DNA from: a bacterium
GTDB taxonomy: Bacteria > SM23-81 > DAOVCL01
Reading direction: 5' to 3'
Assembly: GCA_029932675.1 (NCBI GenBank)
Contig: JAOZPP010000004.1
Location: forward strand, 12,157-76,156
Length of the DNA stretch: 64,000 bases
The translations under genes and the position numbers were made by a program. Below the pieces are notes generated by a model, which did not search any database, was not told where the DNA came from, and worked only from the letters and a program-made list of their open reading frames with translations. This document shows positions 28,964 to 39,700 of the stretch, piece after piece; the stretch's first letter is position 1, and each line of letters begins with the position of its first letter.

Positions 28964-29756
28964 AGAAATGAGGATACTCTTTGTCTCCGATGTGGTGGGC
29001 AAGGCCGGTCGACGAGTCCTCTCCCAGGTTCTTCCTTCCCTCCGGAAGGAGAGGAGGGTAGACCTTTGTATAGCCAATGGGGAAAATGCGGCTGGAGGGT
29101 TTGGAATTACGGCCAATATAGTAGGGAAGCTCTACTCCTATGGGGTGGATGTGATCACCTCGGGGAACCACATCTGGGACAGGAAGGAGATTCTGGACTA
29201 CATCGGCGATGATGAGAGGTTGCTGCGTCCGGCCAACTATCCCCCCCAGGCTCCGGGGAGGGGTTGGGGGCTCTATCAGCCCCAGGGGGGGGTGAAGGTA
29301 GGGGTCCTCAACCTCCAGGGAAGGGTTTATCTGCCTTCCTTGGACTGCCCGTTTAGAACAGCCGAACGGGAACTAAAGATCCTCAGCCAGGAGACTAAGG
29401 TGATCATAGTGGATATGCATGCTGAGGCCACTTCCGAGAAGCAGGCTATGGGCTGGTGGCTGGATGGGAAGGTGACTGCCGTGATCGGCACCCACACCCA
29501 TGTTCCTACAGCCGATGAGACCATCCTCCCCAAGGGCACCGCCTATATCACCGATGTGGGGATGTGTGGGGCCTATGACTCAGTTATTGGAATGGATAAA
29601 TCAATTGTCCTCAAACGATTTACTACTCAGGTCTCCCATCGGTTTGTCCCGGCAAAAGATGACTTAAGGTTTGCTGGGCTTCTCTTAGATGTTGACCAGG
29701 AGACAGGGAAGGCGAAAAGTATAGAGAGGATTAGAATCGACCTGGAGGAAGGATGA
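28947..29756 (+). CDS. YmdB-like (TIGR00282-type) metallophosphoesterase
   Basis: The protein shows [44 protein letters not shown]. The biological start is probably ATG 28968 (MRILF..), just after the rny stop. Confidence 0.88.
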   Translation: MVMPNKEMRILFVSDVVGKAGRRVLSQVLPSLRKERRVDLCIANGENAAGGFGITANIVGKLYSYGVDVITSGNHIWDRKEILDYIGDDERLLRPANYPPQAPGRGWGLYQPQGGVKVGVLNLQGRVYLPSLDCPFRTAERELKILSQETKVIIVDMHAEATSEKQAMGWWLDGKVTAVIGTHTHVPTADETILPKGTAYITDVGMCGAYDSVIGMDKSIVLKRFTTQVSHRFVPAKDDLRFAGLLLDVDQETGKAKSIERIRIDLEEG

Positions 29757-30640
29757 GCGCGCGGATAATAGATGGAAAGGGGATAGCCAGCCAGATAATT
29801 GCCGAGCTCACCGCTGAGGTCGCTGACCTGGCCAAGCAGGGGATAACCCCCGGATTGGCGGTCATCTTGGTGGGGGAGGATCCCGCCTCCCAGGTGTATG
29901 TGCGCAACAAATCGGCTGCCTGTGAGCGGGTTGGTATCTATTCGGAGACAAAGAGGCTTCCTCAAAAGACAACCACTGAAGAGCTGGTCTCCCTCATCGG
30001 GGAACTCAACCAAAGGAGGGACATTCATGGCATCCTCGTCCAACTTCCCCTTCCCCCCCAGATGGACACCAGGTTAATCCTCACCTCCCTTTCCCCGATG
30101 AAGGATGTCGATGGTTTTTCCCCAGCCAGCCTGGGGATGATGCTCTGGGGCAGCCCCACATTCATCCCCTGCACCCCGGCGGGGATCTTGGAGCTTCTCC
30201 AGAGATCCGGGATAGATCCCCAAGGGAAGAGGGCGGTGATCATCGGCCGTAGCAGGTTAGTCGGCCTTCCCTTAGCCAACCTCCTGGCCTTAAAGCGCAA
30301 AGGAGGAAATGCCACCGTCACCCTTTGCCATAGCTTCACCCCTCAACTGGCCTCCATCACCAAGAGTGCCGACATACTGGTTGCAGCTATGGGCAAGCCG
30401 GGCTTCATCAAGGGAGAGATGATCAAAAGGGGAGCAGTGGTAATAGATGTGGGGATAAATAGGGTGGAGGATGCAACGAGGAAGAGGGGATATAGGCTGG
30501 TGGGGGATGTCGATTTTGAGCAAGCAAAGATGGTTGCTTCAGCCATCACCCCTGTTCCCGGTGGGGTGGGGCCAATGACTGTGGCTATGCTTTTGAAGAA
30601 CACGGTTCAGGCGGCAAAGTGGAGTTCTCTGCAGAAGTAG
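29753..30640 (+). CDS. folD: bifunctional methylenetetrahydrofolate dehydrogenase/cyclohydrolase
   Basis: The protein shows IIDGKGIA..LAVILVGEDPASQVYVRNK..GILVQLPLP..GRS.LVG.PLA..PGGVGPMTVAML. Confidence 0.95.
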   Translation: MSARIIDGKGIASQIIAELTAEVADLAKQGITPGLAVILVGEDPASQVYVRNKSAACERVGIYSETKRLPQKTTTEELVSLIGELNQRRDIHGILVQLPLPPQMDTRLILTSLSPMKDVDGFSPASLGMMLWGSPTFIPCTPAGILELLQRSGIDPQGKRAVIIGRSRLVGLPLANLLALKRKGGNATVTLCHSFTPQLASITKSADILVAAMGKPGFIKGEMIKRGAVVIDVGINRVEDATRKRGYRLVGDVDFEQAKMVASAITPVPGGVGPMTVAMLLKNTVQAAKWSSLQK

Positions 30641-31860
30641 AAAATCAACCCATCTACTCGGTTAGCCAGCTCAACCGCGAGATAAGGTTCATCTTGGAAG
30701 ATAGCCTGCCCCCCCTCTGGGTGGAGGGGGAGGTCTCCAACTGGCATTCCCATCCTTCGGGCCACTGTTACTTCTCCCTGAAGGACGCCAGTTCCCAACT
30801 GAGATGTGTTCTCTGGAGGGATCAGGCCCGCGGTCTCAGCTTCACCCCCCAGGATGGAATGAAGGTCTTGGCCTATGGGCAGATCACCGTTTATGAGAGA
30901 GGTGGACAATACCAGCTCACCATCCTCAGGCTCAAGCCCTCCGGGATTGGCGAATTGGGGTTGGCCTTTGAGAAGTTGAAGAGGAGGTTAGAGAAGGAGG
31001 GGCTCTTCGATCCCGCACACAAGCTCCCCCTCCCCCCTTTCCCCCAGCGAATCGGAGTTGTCACCTCCCCCTCCGGTGCGGCCATCAGGGACATAATCAA
31101 GGTGGTAGGCAAGCGCTCCCCCTGGGTCGAGATCATCCTTGCCCCCGTGCGGGTACAGGGCCCGGGGGCAGCGGAAGAGATAGCCCAAGCGATCAAGGAG
31201 ATCAACCTCTTCGGGGGGGTAGACCTAATTATCGTAGGAAGGGGAGGGGGATCGGTTGAGGATCTCTGGGCCTTCAATGAGGAGGTAGTGGCCAGGGCCA
31301 TCTATTCCTCCCGACTGCCCATCATCTCGGCGGTGGGCCATGAGATCGACTTCACCATCTCCGATTTTGTTGCCGATGCCCGTGCCCCCACCCCATCGGC
31401 AGCAGCGGAGCTGGCCACCCAAGACAGGGAGGAACTGCGGCGAAGGGTGGAGGGGATGGGCCAGAGGATGGAAAGGGTACTGAGCAACAAACTTACGGGT
31501 CTCCAGAGGAGGCTCGACCATATCGGTCAGAGCTATGCTTTCCGCCGTCCTGGTGACCTGGTAGCCCAATTGGTCCAGCGGAATGATGAACTGGAGAGGA
31601 GGTTGAGACAAACCGTCGGTCACCTCCTCGACCTTCGGGGGGCAGAGCTCTCCAGCCTAAAGGGAAGGCTTTTCTCCTTGGGTCCTCAAGCCATCCTCCG
31701 CAGGGGATATAGCATCTGTAGGAGGCTTCCGGGAAGGGAGGTGGTGCGGAGGGCCTCCCAACTTGGGATTGGGGAAGGAATAGAGGTGACCTTCTCGGTA
31801 GGCAGGATAGCTGGAAGGGTGGAAACCGTGGAGGAGAACTATGGAGAAGAAGGGATTTGA
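30619..31860 (+). CDS. xseA: exodeoxyribonuclease VII large subunit
   Basis: 413 aa with an OB-fold N-terminus (YSVSQLNREIRFILE..WVEGEVSN) and the motif VVTSPSGAAIRDI..RGGGS.EDLW.FN.E. Confidence 0.93.
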   Translation: MEFSAEVENQPIYSVSQLNREIRFILEDSLPPLWVEGEVSNWHSHPSGHCYFSLKDASSQLRCVLWRDQARGLSFTPQDGMKVLAYGQITVYERGGQYQLTILRLKPSGIGELGLAFEKLKRRLEKEGLFDPAHKLPLPPFPQRIGVVTSPSGAAIRDIIKVVGKRSPWVEIILAPVRVQGPGAAEEIAQAIKEINLFGGVDLIIVGRGGGSVEDLWAFNEEVVARAIYSSRLPIISAVGHEIDFTISDFVADARAPTPSAAAELATQDREELRRRVEGMGQRMERVLSNKLTGLQRRLDHIGQSYAFRRPGDLVAQLVQRNDELERRLRQTVGHLLDLRGAELSSLKGRLFSLGPQAILRRGYSICRRLPGREVVRRASQLGIGEGIEVTFSVGRIAGRVETVEENYGEEGI

Positions 31861-32074
31861 GGAACTCATGGGGAGGTTGGAGGAGATCGTGGAGAAGTTG
31901 GAGTCTGGGGACCTTCCCCTGGAGGAATCGATGGACCTCTTCGAGGAAGGGATAAAGATATTCAAGCTTTGTAACAAGAAGTTGGAGGGGGCACAGGCGC
32001 GGGTGCAGAGGTTAGTAAAGGACCTAAAAGGGGATTTCCACCTCGTTCCCCTGGAGGAGGAAGATGGACCCTAA
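31841..32074 (+). CDS. xseB: exodeoxyribonuclease VII small subunit
   Basis: 77 aa with the typical XseB pattern FEELMGRLEEIVEKLESGDLPLEESMDLFEEG. Confidence 0.9.
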   Translation: MEKKGFEELMGRLEEIVEKLESGDLPLEESMDLFEEGIKIFKLCNKKLEGAQARVQRLVKDLKGDFHLVPLEEEDGP

Positions 32075-32927
32075 GGCATATTTAGAGGAGAAGAGAAAGA
32101 TCGTCAACCAAGCCTTGGAACAGTATCTTCCCTCCCCGCGGAAGAGGCCGCGCCGACTCCATCAGGCGATGAGGTATAGTTGTTTTGCTGGTGGAAAGAG
32201 GTTGAGACCGATCTTGGCCATAAATTCTTTCGAGCTTGTCGGAGGAAAGGGAAGGGAGATACTCCCAGCCGCCTGTAGCTTGGAGCTCATTCACACTTAC
32301 TCCCTCATCCATGATGATCTACCCTGTATGGACGACGATGACCTCCGGCGGGGTAAGCCCACCCTCCATCGGGCCTTTGACGAAGGTCTAGCCCTCTTGG
32401 CTGGAGATGCTCTCCACGCCCTGGCCTTCGAACTTCTGGCCTCCACCGGCAACCTAAGGGTTGTTCAGGAGGTCTCCCAGGCCATTGGGAGCCAGGGGAT
32501 AATCGGGGGCCAGGTCGCTGACCTGGAAGCGGAGAACATAGATGTATCCCCCAGGGAGGTGAGGTACATCCACCTCCATAAGACCGCTGCCCTCTTCCGG
32601 GTCTCCCTGCGCATCGGGGCCATCTTAGGGGGTGGTTCCTCCGAGGAGCTTATCCAACTCTCCAGGTATGGGGAGAGGTTGGGCCTCCTCTTTCAGATCG
32701 TCGACGACATCCTCGATGTGGAGGGGGAGAGCGGGGAGTTAGGGAAACCTGTGGGCTCTGACCAGAGGCAGGGAAAGGCTACCTATCCATCGGTCTGGGG
32801 GATGGAGAGGTCGAAGAGGGAGGCAGAAAGGCTGGCTGGGTTAGCCAAAAAGGGGGTAGAGAAATTTGGAGCTCGAGCTGAGTTTCTCTATTGGCTTCCC
32901 GACTTCATTCTCACCAGAAGGGGCTAA
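32064..32927 (+). CDS. ispA: (2E,6E)-farnesyl/geranylgeranyl diphosphate synthase (polyprenyl synthetase family)
   Basis: It carries both Asp-rich motifs, LIHDDLPCMDDDDLRRG and FQIVDDILD. The order xseB-ispA-dxs matches E. coli. Confidence 0.9.
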   Translation: MDPKAYLEEKRKIVNQALEQYLPSPRKRPRRLHQAMRYSCFAGGKRLRPILAINSFELVGGKGREILPAACSLELIHTYSLIHDDLPCMDDDDLRRGKPTLHRAFDEGLALLAGDALHALAFELLASTGNLRVVQEVSQAIGSQGIIGGQVADLEAENIDVSPREVRYIHLHKTAALFRVSLRIGAILGGGSSEELIQLSRYGERLGLLFQIVDDILDVEGESGELGKPVGSDQRQGKATYPSVWGMERSKREAERLAGLAKKGVEKFGARAEFLYWLPDFILTRRG

Positions 32928-32929
32928 AG

Positions 32930-34822
32930 ATGGAAGGAATCCTAAATCGGATCGACTCTCCCCAGGATCTGAAGGCCCTCTCCTCCGAGGAGTTGGGGGC
33001 CCTGGCAGCAGAGATCAGGGAGGAAATAATCTCGGTGGTCTCCCAAAACGGAGGGCATCTGGCCCCCAACCTCGGGGTGGTGGAACTCAGCTTGGCCCTT
33101 CATTACGTATTTAATCCTCCCCGAGATAAGATCATCTGGGATGTGGGCCATCAGGCATATACCCATAAGCTGATCACCGGAAGACGGAGGAGGTTTCATA
33201 CCCTGAGGAGATACCGGGGGATAAGCGGTTTCCCGAAGAGGGAAGAGAGCCCCTATGACTGCTTTGGCACAGGCCACGCCTCCACTGCCATATCTGCCGC
33301 CTTGGGGATGGCTAAGGCCAGGAACCTGAAGGGAGAGGATTACAAGATTGTTGCGGTTGTGGGGGATGGTTCTCTTACCGCCGGACTGGCCTTTGAGGGA
33401 CTGAACAATGTAGGGGCTTCAGATACGGACATAATCGTGGTCCTAAATGACAACAAGATGTCCATCTCTCCCAGCGTAGGGGCCTTCTCCAAGTATCTGA
33501 CCAATGTGCTTACCGTTCCCTCCTACAACCGGCTGCGAGCGGAGATCTGGGACTTCATCGGCAGGCTTCCTGAGTTTGGAGGTAAGCTCCAAGCGGCGGT
33601 GCGCCGGCTGGACGAGAGCCTCAAGGGTCTGGTCCTGCCCGGGATATTCTTTGAGGAGTTGGGGTTCAGGTATATCGGCCCCCTCGATGGCCATGACCTT
33701 CCCCTCTTAGTGAAGACCTTAGAGGCCATAAAGGGCCTCAAGGAGCCCATCCTCTTCCATGCCCTCACCGAGAAAGGAAAGGGCTACAAACTTGCTCAAG
33801 AAAACCTCCCCAAGTTCCATGGCTTGGGGGCATTCGACAAGGTCACTGGGGAGGTGAAGAAATCGAAGAACCCTTCCTACTCCCAGGTCTTTGGGAAAAC
33901 CATTGAGGATTTGGCTGAGAGGGAAGAAAGGATTGTGGCCATTACCGCGGCGATGTCCCTGGGAACGGGGTTAGAAGGGTTCTCTAAAAGGTTCCCTCAG
34001 AGGTTTTATGACGTAGGGATAGCCGAGCAGCATGCGGTGACCTTTGCCGCCGGGCTGGCCACCCAGGGGCTAAGGCCGGTGGTGGCCATCTACTCCACAT
34101 TTCTCCAGCGGGCTTATGACCAGATCATCCATGATGTCGCCCTTCAGAAACTACCCGTTGTCTTTGCTATCGACCGGGGAGGACTGGTAGGGGAGGATGG
34201 CCCTACCCATCATGGTAGCTTCGATCTCAGCTACCTAAGGGCAATACCCAACCTTATCCTAATGGCCCCCAAGGACGAAGTTGAGCTGAGGCAGATGCTC
34301 TACACCGCCATACGGTACGAGAAGGGGCCAGTGGCGGTGAGGTACCCCCGGGGGGCCGGGTTTGGCCTCCCCTGGGAAGGCAGATGGAGGAGACTGAAGA
34401 TAGGAAGTTGGGAGGTGCTCAAGGAGGGGGAAGACCTGGTGATCTTGGCCGTAGGCTCGATGGTCTATCCGGCGCTCAAGGCTGCAGAGAGCCTCTCCAA
34501 ATGGAGGGTAGGGGTGGTAAACTGCCGGTTTATTAAACCTATGGATACCGCGATCCTGCAGAAGATAGCCGAAAAGGGAATCCCTATCCTCACCGTGGAG
34601 GAAAACTCCTCTCTGGGAGGCTTCGGCAGCGGTGTCTTAGAGACCTGGGCTGAGTTGGGGCTCCCCCCCACAAGGATCGAACTTATGGGCATCCCGGATA
34701 AGTTCATCGAGCATGGGGGAAGGGATAGGCTCCTCTCCAACCTGGGTTTGGACGAGAAGGGGATAGCCAAAAGGGCAAAGCAGATCTTGGAGGGTTCAGA
34801 AGGGAAGGACAAAGTGCCTTGA
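32930..34822 (+). CDS. dxs: 1-deoxy-D-xylulose-5-phosphate synthase
   Basis: The protein shows MEGILNRIDSPQDLK.., GGHLAPNLGVVEL, DVGHQAY.HK, the TPP motif GDGSLTAG..NDN, and DRGGLVGEDGPTHHG. The start is set at ATG 32930 rather than the track's 32891. Confidence 0.95.
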   Translation: MEGILNRIDSPQDLKALSSEELGALAAEIREEIISVVSQNGGHLAPNLGVVELSLALHYVFNPPRDKIIWDVGHQAYTHKLITGRRRRFHTLRRYRGISGFPKREESPYDCFGTGHASTAISAALGMAKARNLKGEDYKIVAVVGDGSLTAGLAFEGLNNVGASDTDIIVVLNDNKMSISPSVGAFSKYLTNVLTVPSYNRLRAEIWDFIGRLPEFGGKLQAAVRRLDESLKGLVLPGIFFEELGFRYIGPLDGHDLPLLVKTLEAIKGLKEPILFHALTEKGKGYKLAQENLPKFHGLGAFDKVTGEVKKSKNPSYSQVFGKTIEDLAEREERIVAITAAMSLGTGLEGFSKRFPQRFYDVGIAEQHAVTFAAGLATQGLRPVVAIYSTFLQRAYDQIIHDVALQKLPVVFAIDRGGLVGEDGPTHHGSFDLSYLRAIPNLILMAPKDEVELRQMLYTAIRYEKGPVAVRYPRGAGFGLPWEGRWRRLKIGSWEVLKEGEDLVILAVGSMVYPALKAAESLSKWRVGVVNCRFIKPMDTAILQKIAEKGIPILTVEENSSLGGFGSGVLETWAELGLPPTRIELMGIPDKFIEHGGRDRLLSNLGLDEKGIAKRAKQILEGSEGKDKVP

Positions 34823-34961
34823 TCTCGTTCTCTCCCCCCTGGCCAAAGGAGCCATCCTTAAACAATGCATTATAGTGGTGAAAGAAGACCCTTTAGTAAC
34901 TAAGAACTATTGACTACCTGACTGCCGTTAGAGGTGAATTGATAGCTGCCCTTGGAGGTGA

Positions 34962-36359
34962 TTGAAATTGCCGCAATTCAACAAGATAACAGATGAGGTT
35001 TTGAGGGAGATCTCGGATATATGTGAGGTGACCACAGATACTGGGGTGACGGAAGCCTATGGGCGGGATGAGACATCTGACCTCTTCTCCCTCCCCGAGG
35101 CTGTGGTCAGGCCGACAAAGGCCGAACAGATCTCCCAACTCCTGAAGCTTGCCTCGCAGAGGCTCTTTCCAGTAACCCCTCGAGGATTGGGGACAGGCGT
35201 CTCCGGAGGGGCTATTCCGGTGGAAGGTGGACTGGTCATCTCCTTAGAGAAGATGAATCGGTTAAAGGATATCGACAAAGAGAATATGATGGCTGTGGTC
35301 GAACCAGGGTTGATCACTGGAGAGCTCCAAGGCAAGGTGGAGGAGTTGGGGCTCTTCTATCCCCCTGATCCGGCAAGCTTGGATTCCTGCAGCTTAGGGG
35401 GTAATGTGGCCGAGGGAGCAGGAGGCCCCCGCGCCTTTAAGTATGGCACCACCAAGGATTATGTCACTGGCCTGGAGTTGGCCTTAGCCTCTGGGGAACT
35501 AATTAGCTTAGGGGGAAAGATCATCAAGGATGTCTCCGGCTATAATCTCATTGGCACAATAATTGGCTCCGAGGGAACCTTAGGAATAATTACTTCTATC
35601 ACCCTAAGGCTCATCCCCCTCCCCCCCCACAAGGTTGACCTCCTTGTCCCCTTCCCTTCCCTGGAAAAGGCAGGGGAGACCGTCTCCCTCTTAGTGGAGA
35701 AGGGGATCGTCCCGGCCACCATCGAGTTTATGGAAAGGGAAGCCCTCTTAGCCTCAGAGCAGAAGATCAAGAGGGAGGTCCCCTTCAGGGAGAAAGCGGC
35801 CCAACTGCTCATTGAGATAGACGGATATAAAAAGGAGGAGCTGGAGGGGCTCTATGAAACTGTGGGAGAGATATGCCTGGACCAGGGGGCAGAGGATGTC
35901 TTAGTGGCCGACAACCGGCCAGACCAGGAGAGGATGTGGGAGGCCCGCCGGGAGATCCCCGAGGGCTTAGCCCTCCTCAGTCCGGTGATTGACAAGGAGG
36001 ATGTGGTCGTCCCCCGCAACCAGATAGCCACCTTCCTCAGGGCAAAAGGGGAGATAGCCAAAAAGTATGGGGTAAAGATCGTCTGCTTTGGCCATGCCGG
36101 TGATGGCAACATTCACACCAATGTCCTCAAAGAGGAGATGGCTGATGAGCAGTGGAAAAAGGTAAGAAAGGAGATAGACTATGAGCTTATCCGCACCGTC
36201 CTCTCCTTGGGAGGAACAATCACCGGGGAACATGGGATAGGGGTAGTGAAGAGGGAATATCTGAAGAAGTTCACCAATCCCACCACCCTCTCCCTGATGC
36301 GGGGGATAAAACAGGCCTTCGACCCCCAAGGCATAATGAACCCCGGGAAGGTCTTGTGA
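34962..36359 (+). CDS. FAD-binding oxidase, GlcD / D-lactate dehydrogenase-like
   Basis: 465 aa with an FAD_binding_4-type N-terminus (..VTPRGLGTGVSGGAIP..) and the C-terminal motif GTITGEHGIGVVKR. Confidence 0.85.
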   Translation: MKLPQFNKITDEVLREISDICEVTTDTGVTEAYGRDETSDLFSLPEAVVRPTKAEQISQLLKLASQRLFPVTPRGLGTGVSGGAIPVEGGLVISLEKMNRLKDIDKENMMAVVEPGLITGELQGKVEELGLFYPPDPASLDSCSLGGNVAEGAGGPRAFKYGTTKDYVTGLELALASGELISLGGKIIKDVSGYNLIGTIIGSEGTLGIITSITLRLIPLPPHKVDLLVPFPSLEKAGETVSLLVEKGIVPATIEFMEREALLASEQKIKREVPFREKAAQLLIEIDGYKKEELEGLYETVGEICLDQGAEDVLVADNRPDQERMWEARREIPEGLALLSPVIDKEDVVVPRNQIATFLRAKGEIAKKYGVKIVCFGHAGDGNIHTNVLKEEMADEQWKKVRKEIDYELIRTVLSLGGTITGEHGIGVVKREYLKKFTNPTTLSLMRGIKQAFDPQGIMNPGKVL

Positions 36360-36745
36360 TGGGGAAGAAAGAGGTTAAAAGTGCCTTTACTGAAGAAGGA
36401 AGGCAAGTTGAGTGGCGCCACCCCGGGGGTAAATTACGGGATTGGGGCCCCAAGTCATTAACAAATCAGGAACTTCTAGCGATCCTTATTTCTACAGGAA
36501 TACCAGGTAAAACTGCGGAAGATATTGCTAAGGAAATACTAGATAAATTTGGCTCCTTTAAAGGAATGGCAAACCAGCCGCTAGAAAAATTTCTCCAATT
36601 TAAAGGAATGGGAGACGTTAAAATTATTCGCATTGCAGCGGCTTTTGAGATAGCAAGAAGAATAACAGGGGAGGTTTTAGAAAAATATGAAGAGCAAAAA
36701 ACCCAAAATTCCGGGAAAAGCCACACGAATATCAAACCCCTTTGA
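36356..36745 (+). pseudogene. radC: RadC-family N-terminal helix-hairpin-helix fragment; the JAB/MPN domain is missing
   Basis: LTNQELLAILISTGIPGKTAEDIAKEILDKFGSFKGMANQPLEKFLQFKGMGDVKIIRIAAAFEIARRI matches the RadC N-domain. The ORF then runs into unrelated sequence and stops at 36745. No HNHPSG-type JAB motif occurs anywhere downstream. Confidence 0.5.
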
Positions 36746-39700
36746 CATCACTACTCATAGAACGGAGTGGACTTGTGCTGCCAAGCTTGCTGAGTGGATG
36801 AACTCCTACATTAAGGACAAGAATTTACCTTTGGGCACTGCAGAGGTAGAAACCATCCAGGAAGGTGACCGAAAACGAGTCGATATTATTCTATTTGATA
36901 GTCCAGCAAATCAAAAAGTGCTCTGCGTCATTGAAACCAAACAACCTTATTTTGATGTCTTTAATGAGAGCGAGCTCAAAGAACCTGCACGTAAAAAAGC
37001 CGTTAAGAGAAAAGCTCCGTACTTTGCTACCTGTAATTTCCAGTGGTTCATTTGGTTCAATACGGAGAGAGTGAACAAGATGGATCCAGAGGAAAGACAA
37101 ATTCTCGAAAAATATCACCTCTCGGAAATTGAGGATTTAGACTACATAGAGGAACCAAGGTTCAAGAATCCCATCATAACTGGGCTCAGTAAGTTCTTAC
37201 AGGAGCTAGTTGAGGTATCCAAGGGCAAAAAGCCTGAGCCATTACTTCCGATTGATGAGTTTCTGATATTTCGTCTCCATGAGAAAGTCAACAGACTTGC
37301 TCGCTATTACAGAGTCATAATAAGAGATGCTACTCATAAAGACACGAAGTTTCAAAGTAAACTCCAGAAATGGTTTATAGATCAACAATGGCAGTTTACC
37401 TGGAAAGATTCTGATTACGATAAGGTGGCGAGACAGACTGCTTACCTTCTAATCAACAAAATCCTCTTCTATTACCTACTTAAAGCAAAAAAGACTTACC
37501 TTGCTTCTCTAGAGATTCCTGAAGACTTGACAAAAGGTGGGCAACTTCAGGCACAATTGCAAGCTTATTTTAGCTATGTTTTGAAAAAGATCGACTATGA
37601 GACTATCTACAGCACCGATTTTATTGACCAGACGGCCTTCCCTGACAACAAAGAGGTTGTCTGTGAAATCAAAGACCTTGTTAATATCTTAAAAAGATAT
37701 GACTTTTCTGAAATAGGGTATGAAATCATAGGAAATATCTTCCAACGTCTCATCCCTCAGAAAGAACAGCACAAGTTAGGTCAATACTTCACAAATCCTG
37801 ACATCGTGGATCTCATTTTAAGATTTTGTTTGAAACATGAGAAGGATAAAATATTGGACCCGTCCTGTGGTGCCGGAACTTTCCTTATGAGGGCATATAA
37901 ACACAAAAAGATAATGAATAATAGACTCTCGCATAGGGATATTCTTGAAACTCTTTGGGGAGTAGATATTGCAAAGTTTCCATCTCACCTTGCTACAATA
38001 AATCTCGCACTACAAGATTTAGGAGAAGATAAGAATTACCCAAATATAGCTCAGGAAGACTTTTTTAATCTGCTTACTAGTCCTGAAGGATTAGAACTCC
38101 CTGAAAAATGGAGAAAAATTAGAGCAAAAACCCTCGGGGTGAAGGAAAGAGAGATCACTTATCCCAGATGGTTTGACTGTATTGTGGGGAACCCCCCATA
38201 CACAAGACAAGAAGAGATTCCAGATATTACAGGTAAGTTAAGTTATAAAAAGAAATTGATTAAAAGTGCTCTTTACAATGTAAATCACAAAAAGATTGCC
38301 ACTATTTCCAAAAGGGCGGGCATATATGTCTATTTCTTCATTCATGGAATGAAATTCTTACGGAATGGGGGAAGATTTGGTTTCATTGTTTCAAATTCTT
38401 GGCTTGATGTTGACTATGGGAGGGGACTGCAGGAATTCTTTTTGAAAAATTATAAAATCGTCGCCATCATTGAATCAAAGGTTGAACGATGGTTTGAAAC
38501 AGCGGATATAAACACTTGTATAGTAATACTTGAAAAATGTAAAGATACAAAACAACGGAATGAGAATTTCGTGAAGTTTGTTTACTTATTCAAACCGCTC
38601 CGTCATTTTGTCCCTCCGGCACAAAAGAGATGGGAAGAACAAATTAAACGAGTTGATACTATTGATAGTTTAATCAAAACAATCCTTGCCCATAAAGAGT
38701 TCTACCAAAATGAAGAAATAAGAATCTATCCTAAATTACAAAAAGAACTCTGGATGGAGGGCTATGATAAAAGGAATAAAAAATATGCTGGTTCAAAATG
38801 GGGTAAATATATTAGAGCACCAGAACCAATTATAAAAAAGATCTTGATGAATAGAAGATTATCTCTCCTGGGTTCTTTCGTCAAGGCTATTATGGAAGGC
38901 GAACCCACAGGTGCAAATGAATTCTTTTTTGTCACAAGAGAAATCATAAAGAAATTCAAAATAGAAAATACTTATTTGCATCCTGCGTTTAATAGTCCAA
39001 AGGATTCTAAATCAATACTTATTACACAAACAAACAGCTATAGTTGGAAACTTCTTACGAACGCTTCAAAAGAGGAGTTGAAGGGAACAAATATTTTGAA
39101 ATACATCAAATGGGGAGAAAGAAAAGGATTCAGGAAACACTATTTTAAGGAAGATATCTGGTATTCAAGAAGCGATAGAAAGGCAGATTTATTGATTCCG
39201 AGAGGGATATACCAGAGGTTTATTTGCTTCTACAATGTTGATGGTCTTATTGCAAGTGATAGGTTTGTTGAAATTTTCATGCGATCAAAAGAGCTGAGAG
39301 AAATTACCGGAGCTTTCCTTAACTCCACTCTGTATTTTCTTTTGCTTGAACTTTACTGTCGGACAAATTTGGGTCAAGGGGCTTTGGATATTCAACCAAC
39401 TGATATTAGAAAAATACCAATTCCAGATTTGACGGAACTTGATAAAAAGCTTGTTCAGCATATTCAAGAAGTCTTTGAGCAAGTTAGCAAAAGAGAGGTG
39501 AATGTTATATTTGAAGAACTCGGTGTCAATTCTCCAGGAGAAGTTTCCCTTGACAAGGTCAAACCTGACCGCAGGGAACTGGATAAGATCGTTATGGGGG
39601 ATATTTTAGGTTTGACGGAAGAGGAACAACTTGAAGTCTATCGTGCCGTCGTTGACCTGGTAAGTTCCCGGATTAAGAAGGCAAAGAGTGTAGAGCGGAA